Below are positions 8,940 to 17,287 of a stretch of DNA of 64,000 nt, piece by piece. The stretch's first letter is position 1, and each line of letters starts with the position of its first letter. Below the pieces are notes generated by a model, which did not search any database, was not told the DNA's origin, and was given only the letters and a program-made list of their open reading frames with translations. Source of the DNA: Candidatus Bipolaricaulota bacterium. GTDB lineage: Bacteria; Patescibacteriota; Patescibacteriia; UBA11705; DATKZF01. The DNA lies in assembly GCA_035528115.1 (NCBI GenBank), contig DATKZF010000002.1, positions 5,751 to 69,750 of the forward strand. The letters run 5' to 3'. The translations under genes were made by a program, and so were the position numbers.

Positions 8940-10133
8940 ATGCAAATTATCAAAAAAATATTCAACGGTAAAACCAGCAAATCAGTGTTAACTATGGGCA
9001 TTGTTGCAACATTTCTCCAAATATCAATAGCCGCTTATGCTGTAATTAAGCCAATAAGTCTGAAGAGTGATTTAACACTTTTTTATGGGATTGTAGTTTT
9101 AGAGCTAATATTTTTCCCAATAAGTCTTTCAATAATTTTTTCTTACCTCCTAAATAAAGTTAAGTGGCTTGATAAAAAATCATTTCTGATCACATTCCTT
9201 GTTACGTCTTTATTTATTGTAACCGCTGTAATTTTGGGACAAATGGCTTGGGAACATATCATTCCTTGGGAATTTTGGCTTTTTTATAAATATATAGAAA
9301 TACCTCTAGTCTTTACAGGACTAATTGGCATTCCCTTGATTTATCTTTTGGGATATTCCGGTTGGACAGTTTTCACCTTTGTAATGATAATTGGAATATT
9401 TGTTACCGCTTTTTTGGTTGCTGCTCTTTATTCCTACACAACCCATCTTGCAATCAATAAGAAAAAACAATCTTTTAGAATAATCCTTACAGTAGCCCTC
9501 ATTTTATCTATTGGATGGGGGATATTTCAGGGAGTAAATGAAGCATATGTAAAAAGATTATCTCTAAAAGGTGAGTGTGCTGCAGGACTTAACTTTTACC
9601 AGTGTGACAATTACAGTAACCTTGGAAATAGTTACCACAGATTAAATGATGACATCTATTACAACCTAGGCTATGTAAACGCTGTAAAAATCGACGATGT
9701 CGACATTAATTCCTTTCAAGTGATCAATATCGATTCACTGCGTGTGTCAATTGCCAAAGATAAATACAGAGCATATGCCAATGGGGAAATAATACCAATA
9801 AACAATATTGATTCATGGAAAATCATGGAAGGAGTAGATAATTGGGGCTACTCATCAGACGATAAAAATGTATTTTTCGGAACAAATATTCTAGACGGTG
9901 CCAATCCAGAAAGTACATTTCTCATTGAAAACAGATATGCATGCAATAATGATTTTGTTTACTTTGGAGATAAAATTATTGAGGACGCAGATCCAAGCTC
10001 CTTTGTAACACTGAATTGTGGCGGCTACACAAAAGACGATAAATCATACTATTTTTATGGAGAAAAAATTATTGAGGATGAAACTGGATGCAGAGGTCAA
10101 GATATAATTGACAGCAAATGTGAAATAAAATGA
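8940..10133 (+). CDS. hypothetical polytopic membrane protein with C-terminal extracytoplasmic domain
   Basis: About 6 hydrophobic helices in the first 200 aa. C-terminal 190 aa are hydrophilic and Asp/Asn/Tyr-rich. Confidence 0.45.
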   Translation: MQIIKKIFNGKTSKSVLTMGIVATFLQISIAAYAVIKPISLKSDLTLFYGIVVLELIFFPISLSIIFSYLLNKVKWLDKKSFLITFLVTSLFIVTAVILGQMAWEHIIPWEFWLFYKYIEIPLVFTGLIGIPLIYLLGYSGWTVFTFVMIIGIFVTAFLVAALYSYTTHLAINKKKQSFRIILTVALILSIGWGIFQGVNEAYVKRLSLKGECAAGLNFYQCDNYSNLGNSYHRLNDDIYYNLGYVNAVKIDDVDINSFQVINIDSLRVSIAKDKYRAYANGEIIPINNIDSWKIMEGVDNWGYSSDDKNVFFGTNILDGANPESTFLIENRYACNNDFVYFGDKIIEDADPSSFVTLNCGGYTKDDKSYYFYGEKIIEDETGCRGQDIIDSKCEIK

Positions 10134-10153
10134 CAAGAGATTCGAGGCTACAT

Positions 10154-10244
10154 CAGCTAACAGCGTATATCTGGCTACACTTCGTTTCGCCCATATTACT
10201 CCCTGCGGTCGCAACATCAGATATGCGCGAACGTTAGGTGAAAT
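10154..10244 (+). repeat. attC-like structured repeat 7
   Basis: cagctaacagcgtatatctggc ... cagatatgcgcgaacgttaggtgaaat. Confidence 0.6.
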
Positions 10245-10302
10245 ATTTTTTGAAAATTTTTTAGATTTTTAGTATTTTTAATAGGCTTTAAGTAATATTA
10301 CT

Positions 10303-10746
10303 ATGAAGAAGGAAACTATTCGCCAAATTCAAAGAAAAGTTATTAGATTGTTGCGTAAAAACAATAATAAACCTCTTTATCTGTCATCAACAGACAATTG
10401 TAGTGAAATTGCACGGTTGGTTGGTTGTTGGATTTTTGACAAATTACCTCAGGCTAAAATATATATTTTAAAAGGTAAAAATATACTAGGCACAAAAAAA
10501 TGCCATGACATTTTAGCAGTAGAATACGACAAGCGCATTTCCCTTATCGATCCAACAGTGTGGCAATTTTTCAAGAATAAAAAGAGTATTCTTATTAAAA
10601 CAACAGACAATTTGACGAATGGTTTATTTGAAGCCAGCAAAATATATCGCAGCAAATGGAAAGTCTCAGAAATATTTAAAAAGAATAATTATAAAAATGA
10701 TGAACTTAAGAAAATTGTAGCTTCAAATATTAAGGACTTAAAATAA
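10303..10746 (+). CDS. hypothetical protein (basic, Lys-rich)
   Basis: ORF only. No recognisable motif. Confidence 0.4.
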   Translation: MKKETIRQIQRKVIRLLRKNNNKPLYLSSTDNCSEIARLVGCWIFDKLPQAKIYILKGKNILGTKKCHDILAVEYDKRISLIDPTVWQFFKNKKSILIKTTDNLTNGLFEASKIYRSKWKVSEIFKKNNYKNDELKKIVASNIKDLK

Positions 10747-10817
10747 AAAACGTTATAACACCAGAGAGAAAGCCTATCAAAAATCAAAATTAAGGAACAA
10801 AAATTTTCAAAAAATAC

Positions 10818-10845
10818 AACACCTAACACGCACTTACCAATACAG
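10818..10845 (+). repeat. attC-like 5' remnant (cacctaacacgcacttacc) fused to truncated kinase fragment
   Basis: Only the R''/L''-like half is present. No matching 3' half. Confidence 0.35.
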
Positions 10846-10853
10846 TTGATATT

Positions 10854-11090
10854 TTGGATTTGTTTGATGCAGTTTTTTTGCTTCAAATTTCTGCCGATAC
10901 AATAAGAAAGAGATTGATTGAAAGAACAGAGGTAGGAGCATTCGGTAAATCGGATGATGAAATAGCTGATATCATGAGATGGAAAGATGAATTTGTCAAA
11001 ACAATGATAACGCGTGGCGCAATATCAATTGACGCAGAGAAGGGTGTAAACGAAGTTGTTGAGGAAATTTTATTAAGGAGATTAAAATAA
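10854..11090 (+). pseudogene. C-terminal fragment of a P-loop kinase paralogous to 11141-11695 (truncated)
   Basis: LLQISADTIRKRLIERTE...EVVEEILL parallels FLDASPEVIRQRLTGRY...QVAELILN of the downstream kinase. No Walker A region is present. Preceded by an attC remnant. Confidence 0.45.
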
Positions 11091-11140
11091 TTTAACATTA
11101 GGCTGACTTATAGCAAAGCAGTCTTAATGCAAAAAAAAAT

Positions 11141-11695
11141 ATGAATAAACTCTATTTTATCAGCGGAGTGAATGGGGTGGGAAAAACCTCAATTATGCCT
11201 TTCCTAAAGACATTGTTGCCAAGTAATCAATTTGAAATACATGATTTTGATGAAAGAGGGGTACCGGAAAAGGCTGATGGTAATTGGCGTATTTCTGAAA
11301 CTAAACACTGGGTAGATTTAGGAGTAGGATTGGGATCAAGAGATAAAAACGTTATCGTTTGTGGATTTGTAAAACCCGCAGACTTTCAGGAAATGCTATC
11401 GGATGATTCACTTGGCATCACTTTGATTTTTCTCGATGCAAGTCCGGAAGTTATTCGTCAGCGTTTAACTGGTCGATATACAAAAGACGGTTATTTTGAT
11501 GAATCCCAAATGGTAATTGGCAAGCCAATTGATGTTTTTATTGATGGGAATATTTATATTTCAGGGCAAATGAAAAAAATATTTGAAGAATTAAATTGCT
11601 CAATCGTTGATACATCAAATTTAAGTCCAGAAGCAGTTGCAAGGCAAGTGGCTGAATTAATCCTAAATAATTTTAAAGTTTATATGGCCCCATAA
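11141..11695 (+). CDS. P-loop NTPase, small nucleotide/nucleoside kinase-like (AAA_33-type)
   Basis: Walker A GVNGVGKTS at residues 9-17. Size and layout typical of small kinases. Exact substrate unknown. Confidence 0.6.
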   Translation: MNKLYFISGVNGVGKTSIMPFLKTLLPSNQFEIHDFDERGVPEKADGNWRISETKHWVDLGVGLGSRDKNVIVCGFVKPADFQEMLSDDSLGITLIFLDASPEVIRQRLTGRYTKDGYFDESQMVIGKPIDVFIDGNIYISGQMKKIFEELNCSIVDTSNLSPEAVARQVAELILNNFKVYMAP

Positions 11696-11821
11696 AGGTG
11701 TTTTGGGCTTCGGGCATTCACCCCTTTAATTCCCCTTTGCCTTTCGCCCAAAACAGAAAAAGAAATTTGAAAATTTTTTAAAACAATTCCGACTGCTGTC
11801 GGAAAAAAGAAAAGGAATACA

Positions 11822-11931
11822 TCAGCTAACAACGAGTATCCGGTTACGGCTTTTATCCAAAAGCCTCCACCCAAATTTTTCTTCCGCTACGCTACAGAAA
11901 AACTTCGGATACTCGTAACGTTAGGCGAAAT
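11822..11931 (+). repeat. attC-like structured repeat 8
   Basis: cagctaacaacgagtatccgg ... ccggatactcgtaacgttaggcgaaat. The 3' arm has an extra GT relative to the 5' arm (unpaired bases). Confidence 0.65.
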
Positions 11932-11950
11932 AACACAATAAACATCTCTT

Positions 11951-12268
11951 ATGAAAAAGTTGAAATTTATTCTAAGCATAATTTTTTTAGCTTTCATTGC
12001 AATTTCAATAATTTCTTACAATTATTATTCGTTAATAGATAATCAATCGAACCATACGGGGTTAGATTTAATGAAAGTTAAAATATTCTATCTAGGATTT
12101 TCATTAATTGCGATTGTTGTAGCGCTAATAATAAAATCAAATAAAAAAGCTAAAAAAAATTTCATTATTTCCAGTATATTAGGATTAGTTTTCATTTTTA
12201 ACATTTGGATATTCGAAAAAACAGAAATTATGTTGTATTACGAAGATTGGGTTACCTGCTGCATGTAA
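11951..12268 (+). CDS. small membrane protein (3 predicted TM helices)
   Basis: Hydrophobic 105-aa ORF. Single-ORF cassette. Confidence 0.4.
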   Translation: MKKLKFILSIIFLAFIAISIISYNYYSLIDNQSNHTGLDLMKVKIFYLGFSLIAIVVALIIKSNKKAKKNFIISSILGLVFIFNIWIFEKTEIMLYYEDWVTCCM

Positions 12269-12284
12269 AATTATTGTGTTTCAT

Positions 12285-12396
12285 CGCCTAACAGCGTATA
12301 AACGGTTCCATTCGTTCACCCAAATTGACCAGTGATAAGCCTTCGGCTAGTATATCACAGGCCAACTTCGTTTATGCGCCGGACGTTACGCAAAAT
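12285..12396 (+). repeat. attC-like structured repeat 9
   Basis: cgcctaacagcgtataaacgg ... gcgccggacgttacgcaaaat, with imperfect stem. Inner hairpin ccagtgata/tatcacagg. Confidence 0.55.
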
Positions 12397-12416
12397 TCAA
12401 ATAACCCAAAATTATT

Positions 12417-13088
12417 ATGAAAAAACCACATTACCTTTCACCAGTTAGTAAAATATTTTCAGCTATCGCTGGCAGGACGGAACCAATGAAAGTAAGGATT
12501 GAAAATTATAATTTCGTAGTATTACCAAAAGTATTTCCATCTCATGAATTTAGAGCAGCAAAATGTCTCCCAAAAAGTATTAAAGAAATAATAAAAAACA
12601 AAACAGTACTATATATGGGTTGTGGTTTTGGTATGGTGGGTATTTATTCATTACATCATGGTGCGACAAAAGTTATACTAGCAGACATTAACCCGTATGC
12701 TGTTGAAAATGCAGAAATAAATAAAAAGTCACACAAATTCAGTGATGATCAAATAATGATTTACGAGAGTGATTGTTTTGATAATATCCCAAAACAGACA
12801 TTTGATGTATTAATATTCAACCCACCGTTTAATACTAATGGTAAACCTACAAGCGACGTATTAAGAAAATCTCTATGGGATCCGGGTTTTACTTCATTAA
12901 AAAAGTTCCTGGGAAGTGCCAAGGACTATATGAATATTAGCAGTAAACTCCTGATATACTACTCAGACAGAGGTGATATTAAAACGTTGGAAAAATTATT
13001 TGGTCAATATTTGTATAGATGGAAGCTTTGGAAAGTGTTCAATAAAGACCAAAAATTTGACAATAGGATCTATGTTCTTATTAAATAA
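12417..13088 (+). CDS. class I SAM-dependent methyltransferase (NPPF motif; HemK/RsmC-like small MTase domain)
   Basis: Gly-rich SAM motif LYMGCGFGMVGI, acidic ILADIN, and catalytic DVLIFNPPF. Confidence 0.65.
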   Translation: MKKPHYLSPVSKIFSAIAGRTEPMKVRIENYNFVVLPKVFPSHEFRAAKCLPKSIKEIIKNKTVLYMGCGFGMVGIYSLHHGATKVILADINPYAVENAEINKKSHKFSDDQIMIYESDCFDNIPKQTFDVLIFNPPFNTNGKPTSDVLRKSLWDPGFTSLKKFLGSAKDYMNISSKLLIYYSDRGDIKTLEKLFGQYLYRWKLWKVFNKDQKFDNRIYVLIK

Positions 13089-13125
13089 AATTATATTGGT
13101 AAATCCTATTAGGTTTTTTGAACTT

Positions 13126-13255
13126 CGTCTAACACGGCGTACACGATATTCCCTCGTTCACTCCGGTGGCCACTCGCTAGTCAGTCTCTCCGGCCGCGAG
13201 TGTACCACCTCCGTTCGCTCGGGACATCGCGTGACGCCGGAACGTTGCACAAAAT
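13126..13255 (+). repeat. attC-like structured repeat 10 (last in array)
   Basis: cgtctaacacggcgtacacgatattccc ... gggacatcgcgtgacgccggaacgttgcacaaaat. Confidence 0.5.
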
Positions 13256-13263
13256 CGCTCGCT

Positions 13264-13299
13264 CCGCCTGCCGGCAGGCAGGCAGGCTCGTTTTTTTTT
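13264..13299 (+). terminator. GC-rich palindrome gcctgccggcaggcaggcagg + T9: rho-independent terminator at array boundary
   Basis: Hairpin followed by a 9-T run. The GCAGGCAGG motif recurs at 29.56, 32.52-32.6 and 33.85-33.9 kb. Confidence 0.5.
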
Positions 13300-13418
13300 A
13301 ATTGCCAAAAACCGCATATATTGATAAAATTCAATTGGAGTTTGATGCCGGTTGCGAATCATTTCAATAAAAATGCTTTTAGAGAGCGCACAAGCAAAAG
13401 CGCCAAAGGAGGACGATC

Positions 13419-13625
13419 ATGGGCTTTGGGACCAGACTGCCGACGAGCAACGACCCGCCGCCATCAGCTAAGGGCAAGAGTCCGTGGCTCGGGGCAAACG
13501 AAGAATTTGGCCTTGACGAATTCTGCCTTGTGATCAACCGCAAAACAAGGCAATGCGAGGGTTGCAAACGAATAACTCATGTTCGTCACCTGGACGCCAA
13601 TGGAAGATGCCCTGACTGCCGATGA
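13419..13625 (+). CDS. small zinc-ribbon protein (CEGC ... CPDC)
   Basis: AGGAGG RBS 6 nt upstream. Two CxxC pairs 17 residues apart. Confidence 0.5.
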   Translation: MGFGTRLPTSNDPPPSAKGKSPWLGANEEFGLDEFCLVINRKTRQCEGCKRITHVRHLDANGRCPDCR

Positions 13626-13639
13626 CAAGGAGGATTCTC

Positions 13640-13680
13640 CAGCAGGGATTTCGCAACGAAATCCCTGCTGTCTAAAAACA
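13640..13680 (+). terminator. hairpin agcagggatttcgcaacgaaatccctgct followed by an A/T-rich tract (few T)
   Basis: Perfect 12-bp stem directly after the stop of the zinc-ribbon ORF. Confidence 0.5.
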
Positions 13681-13716
13681 TTTTCATTAGAGATAAATTT
13701 CAATAATATGCGCTTC

Positions 13717-14127
13717 ATGATCTGCGGGAGCATGCATTTTGCCAAAGAAATGCTTGAGGCTCAAAAAAGTTTGCAGGGACTGGGACATGACGCCAAAATT
13801 CCTTCAGACACGCTTGAGTGTTTGGAAAATCCCGAGCTGAACATGGATTTTGATTATTGCGTCAGAACTCAAATCGATAAAAAGGATTTTCAGCAAGTGG
13901 CTGACAGCGACGCGATTTTGGTTTTGAATTATCCGAAAAACGGCATCAAAGGCTACATCGGTGGAGCAACCTTGATGGAAATCGGCCTGGCCAGGCACTT
14001 GGGCAAAAAAATCTTTTTACTGCATGACATCCCTTCGGAAGACGAACTAAGATACGCGCTTGAAGTGCGCCTCACCTCCCCCGTTGTCTTGGGAGGCGAT
14101 ATCAAAAAAATAAATCAATTTATCTAA
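13717..14127 (+). CDS. nucleoside 2-deoxyribosyltransferase-like / DNPH1 (Rcl)-family protein
   Basis: N-terminal MRFMICGSMHF resembles the FCGSIRGG nucleotide-binding motif of DNPH1/NDT-fold proteins. Start moved to the internal Met after the terminator hairpin (the track ORF began at 13579). Confidence 0.45.
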   Translation: MICGSMHFAKEMLEAQKSLQGLGHDAKIPSDTLECLENPELNMDFDYCVRTQIDKKDFQQVADSDAILVLNYPKNGIKGYIGGATLMEIGLARHLGKKIFLLHDIPSEDELRYALEVRLTSPVVLGGDIKKINQFI

Positions 14128-14134
14128 AAACAAT

Positions 14135-14548
14135 ATGACCGAAAGACCCAAAGTCGGAGTCGGAGTAATCATCATCAAAGACGACAAAGTTCTTCTCGGC
14201 AAAAGAAAAGGCGCGCTCGGCCAATGCACTTGGTGTTTCCCGGGCGGGCATTTGGAATACGGCGAATCTTGGCAGGAATGCGCCAAGCGCGAAACCATGG
14301 AGGAAACCGGCATTAACATAAAAAACATTCGCTTCGCTTCAACCACCAATGATATTTTTCAATCGGAAGGCAAGCATTACATTACCATTTTCATGGTGTC
14401 CGATTTTGATTCGGGGGAAGTTAAGGTGATGGAGCCCGAGAAATGCGAGGGATGGGAGTGGTTCGAATGGGATCAATTGCCCGAGCCGCTTTTTCTGGCC
14501 GTTAAAAATTTACTTGAAATCGGCTTTAATCCGTTCGATGAGAAATAA
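14135..14548 (+). CDS. NUDIX hydrolase
   Basis: Nudix box GGHLEYGESWQECAKRETMEETGI (Gx5Ex7REUxEExGU). Confidence 0.8.
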   Translation: MTERPKVGVGVIIIKDDKVLLGKRKGALGQCTWCFPGGHLEYGESWQECAKRETMEETGINIKNIRFASTTNDIFQSEGKHYITIFMVSDFDSGEVKVMEPEKCEGWEWFEWDQLPEPLFLAVKNLLEIGFNPFDEK

Positions 14549-14621
14549 AACAACGGCCAAAGCCTTCGTGACTGATAAAAACAAATTAAAATAAAAGCCA
14601 ACAATCCATAACAAAAAACTT

Positions 14622-15152
14622 ATGCGAACAAAAAAAATCTTTTTATCCACGCTTTTTTTATGCTTGATTATGTTAACCGGTTGCAACGCCTCGGACACCG
14701 ATGAATCCGAAACGACAAAAACCGACATGGGAGAATTTTTCAATGAGTATTGCGACATTTACGTCAATAAATTTCAAGCCAGGGACTTGGAAAGTTATGG
14801 CATAAAAATCACCGATAATATGGGCTATGGGTATTACAATACCATAGATGAGTGCGTCAAAGAGCTGCTGACAATAGACAACCAAGCCGCGGACGCTTGC
14901 TCTCTGTATGCCAAAACCAACGGACTGGATTGCGACAAGGCCGGACAAACGCGCCAAGAAAATTATAAAAAAAACATGACCAAAGATGGCTGCGTTCAAA
15001 ACGGCAAAAATAACCGTTGCGCTTTGTTCGACACCTCTCAACCTCAATGGAGCGGGGCCGACACCGCGCAAATATCGGACGCCAACGTCAAATACACGGA
15101 TTGCTTGCAAAAAGTAGACTATGCTTGCGGCGGACTGCCGGAATCCTGGTAA
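14622..15152 (+). CDS. secreted lipoprotein, Cys-rich (hypothetical)
   Basis: Signal peptide with lipobox LTGC. 10 further Cys. No enzymatic motif. Confidence 0.55.
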   Translation: MRTKKIFLSTLFLCLIMLTGCNASDTDESETTKTDMGEFFNEYCDIYVNKFQARDLESYGIKITDNMGYGYYNTIDECVKELLTIDNQAADACSLYAKTNGLDCDKAGQTRQENYKKNMTKDGCVQNGKNNRCALFDTSQPQWSGADTAQISDANVKYTDCLQKVDYACGGLPESW

Positions 15153-15217
15153 TTGCTTTTAGCGGCATCGTTTGCGAAAAAACGCCACCGGGGATAAAAT
15201 GAAAAGCATCAATATTT

Positions 15218-15764
15218 ATGAAAAAATTATTATATTTAATTATAATCTGCGTGTTTGTTTTGATTCCTTCAATTTCTTGGGCTCAAACCGATTCCGGCCA
15301 AGCGAGCGAACAAATCTTCAAAGCCCAGGTGACCGAAATTTTGGATCAGCAAACGTTCACCAGAGACGACGGCTCGGTTTCCGAGCGACAAAAAATCAAA
15401 CTGGTCGGACTTGAAGGCGAATGGAAAAACAAAACCATAATTTTTGACGGCACCTAATTTGATGTTTTATCCAATGCCAAATACGCGATCGGCGATAAAG
15501 TCTTGGTCAATTACAGCGTCGGACAGGGAGGCGAAGAAAATTTTTACGTGTTCGGGTTTTCCCGCACGGCCGCCATTTACTGGCTCGCTTTGTTATTCGC
15601 GATTATCGTCAATGTTGTTTACGATCAAACAACAGCCTTTTTTAACCTTTCAGCAAGTCTTGGACAGCGAAATGATCGCCGAAGAAGTGGTTAGAACTTT
15701 CACGGGTAGCATCGGTTTGGTGTTGGCCGTGCAATTCATTAAGGTTTTAAAAACCGATAAATAA
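15218..15764 (+). pseudogene. disrupted gene for a signal-peptide/membrane protein (in-frame TAA at 15455 plus a frameshift near 15650)
   Basis: Signal peptide MKKLLYLIIICVFVLIPSISWA in frame A. The same frame resumes after one TAA (FDVLSNAKY...NFYVFGFSRTAAIYWLALLFAIIV). The C-terminal segment ...SEMIAEEVVRTFTGSIGLVLAVQFIKVLK lies in another frame. Confidence 0.4.
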
Positions 15765-15852
15765 CTGAACCAGCAAGGCTTTAATATTGCCCTCTCCCCC
15801 ATTTTCTACTATACTGGAAGCAATGAACGCGAAAAATTCGCCTTAAAATCCT

Positions 15853-16557
15853 ATGCTTTCCATCATTATCCCCACCTTAAACGAAGAAGAACGCCTGCCC
15901 AGATTACTTGACTGCCTCAAATCTCAAAAGCCGGAAGACTGCGAAATCATAGTTTCTGACGGACAGTCGAAAGATCGTACCGTGGAAACAGCCAACCGAT
16001 TCGGCTGCCGCACAGTGGTCAATCCGCCGAAAAACCCGGCAAGGCAAAGAAATGAAGGCGCGAAAATAGCCCGCGGAAATTTGCTTTTATTCCTTGACGC
16101 GGACACGCTCTTGCCCGATCATTTCCTTGAAAACGTTTTAAAAGAATTCGAAGATCGGCGGCTTGACGTGGCCGGTTTTTATTTTAAATTTCATTCGGAC
16201 AAATTGAAATATAGAATCGCTTCCTCTTGGTGGAAATACAATTTCTGGATGTTTCACTTTTTTTACCCCATGTCAATCGGCGCGGCTATTTTGGCGGACA
16301 AGTCATTCCACGAAAAGACGGGCGGCTTCGACGAGTCGCTTTACATCGGAGAAGATCATTTTTATTCTAAAAAAATAAAAAAGGCCGGTGGTAAATACGG
16401 CTTGATAAAATCAGACACGATAATTTATTCGACTCGAAGATTTGAAAAAGAAGGATTTTTGAAGGTTAATCTGAAATGGTACATCGCGTCAATAAATTAT
16501 CTGATTTTCGGACACCGAATGAAAAAAATCGTCAAATACGAATTCAACAATAGGTAA
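15853..16557 (+). CDS. family 2 glycosyltransferase
   Basis: IIIPTLNEEERL start, DGQSKD ... DAD motifs typical of GT-A/GT2. Confidence 0.8.
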   Translation: MLSIIIPTLNEEERLPRLLDCLKSQKPEDCEIIVSDGQSKDRTVETANRFGCRTVVNPPKNPARQRNEGAKIARGNLLLFLDADTLLPDHFLENVLKEFEDRRLDVAGFYFKFHSDKLKYRIASSWWKYNFWMFHFFYPMSIGAAILADKSFHEKTGGFDESLYIGEDHFYSKKIKKAGGKYGLIKSDTIIYSTRRFEKEGFLKVNLKWYIASINYLIFGHRMKKIVKYEFNNR

Positions 16558-16627
16558 TCCCTGTTTTAAAATGAAAAAAGTCTGCCGGTGCAGCAGACGG
16601 GGTGAAAAGGTTGGAGTGTTGCTTGGT

Positions 16628-16831
16628 TCATGCCGCCCTCATCGTTGTGAGGTAGCGCAGACCTTCATCAGTAGCGAGAGCTCTGAGCCCGAGCCGCTTG
16701 AGCATGCCTAAAGTCACCTCCTTGGCTTCGTCTTTTCTCGTAATATCGAGAATTCGCTTGAAACCGGCAGGCCCGAAACGCCGTCTCAGGACTTCGATCT
16801 CGCGATCGAAATCATCGCAGTGAGCGCTCAT
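16628..16831 (-). CDS. hypothetical protein
   Basis: ORF only. Elevated GC (~55 %). Confidence 0.3.
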   Translation of the reverse strand: MSAHCDDFDREIEVLRRRFGPAGFKRILDITRKDEAKEVTLGMLKRLGLRALATDEGLRYLTTMRAA

Positions 16832-16864
16832 GACTCGGTCTCCTTTCCTCTGAAAATATGTAAA

Positions 16865-17197
16865 CTACTTATTGCTGGCGATGAAGTCATCGATCATCTT
16901 ACGGAATGAATCGTCTCCTTCCAAATCGAGGAACATTTTGTCTTTTTCTTCTCGAGGAAGAGTGCTGCCGATGGCCACGTGATACATCAAACATTCATTG
17001 AGTTTCGGCTGTCCGTGCTTGCTCCTCATCTTATTGACCTGCGCAACCATCGTATCGTAGAATTCCAGCACCAGATCGGAATCGTGATCATCCGTCAACT
17101 CCTGAAGTTTGCGCCGATAAATCCGCTCCTGCTCCAACATCTGCTCCGCCACGGCTCTGCCCTCCCCGCTTCCGCTTTGTCCTTCGATTATCGGCAT
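16865..17197 (-). CDS. hypothetical protein
   Basis: ORF only. Elevated GC. Confidence 0.35.
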   Translation of the reverse strand: MPIIEGQSGSGEGRAVAEQMLEQERIYRRKLQELTDDHDSDLVLEFYDTMVAQVNKMRSKHGQPKLNECLMYHVAIGSTLPREEKDKMFLDLEGDDSFRKMIDDFIASNK

Positions 17198-17287
17198 AAA
17201 ATAAATAGGTATCTTATTTCTCCTACCTTTATTTTACCGGACCTGGCATATTAAAGCAATATTCACCTTATTGTCAAATTTCCAAAT

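Larger units (their letters stand above)
1..13330 (+). mobile_element. integron-like gene cassette array (CALIN: attC-like sites, no integrase in window)
   Basis: At least 10 co-oriented ORF units each followed by an attC-like structured repeat. 5' end YTAACA (RYYYAAC-like), 3' end AACGTTAGGCGAAAT (GTTRRRY core). Stems covary between copies and 2-3 unpaired bases sit on the 3' arm. Pseudogene and truncated cassettes present. intI not seen. Confidence 0.6.

Noticed and set aside
1426-13255. tRNA genes or tRNA-derived elements as the identity of the intergenic repeats
   Set aside because: No cloverleaf and no conserved T-loop GTTCRANYC or D-loop elements. A single long-range stem with variable sequence fits attC-like hairpins, not tRNA.
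6845-13533. Small ORFs spanning the attC-like repeats (6845-7072, 6909-7121, 8140-8400, 8703-8888, 12973-13533)
   Set aside because: They run through conserved palindromic repeat sequence, lack RBS and produce Arg/Ser/Leu-rich low-complexity peptides. They are explained by the GC-richer repeat cores.
13579-13716. N-terminal 46-codon extension of the DNPH1-like gene
   Set aside because: The extension overlaps the preceding zinc-ribbon gene and contains the terminator hairpin 13640-13670. The conserved MRFMICGSM start follows directly after the hairpin.
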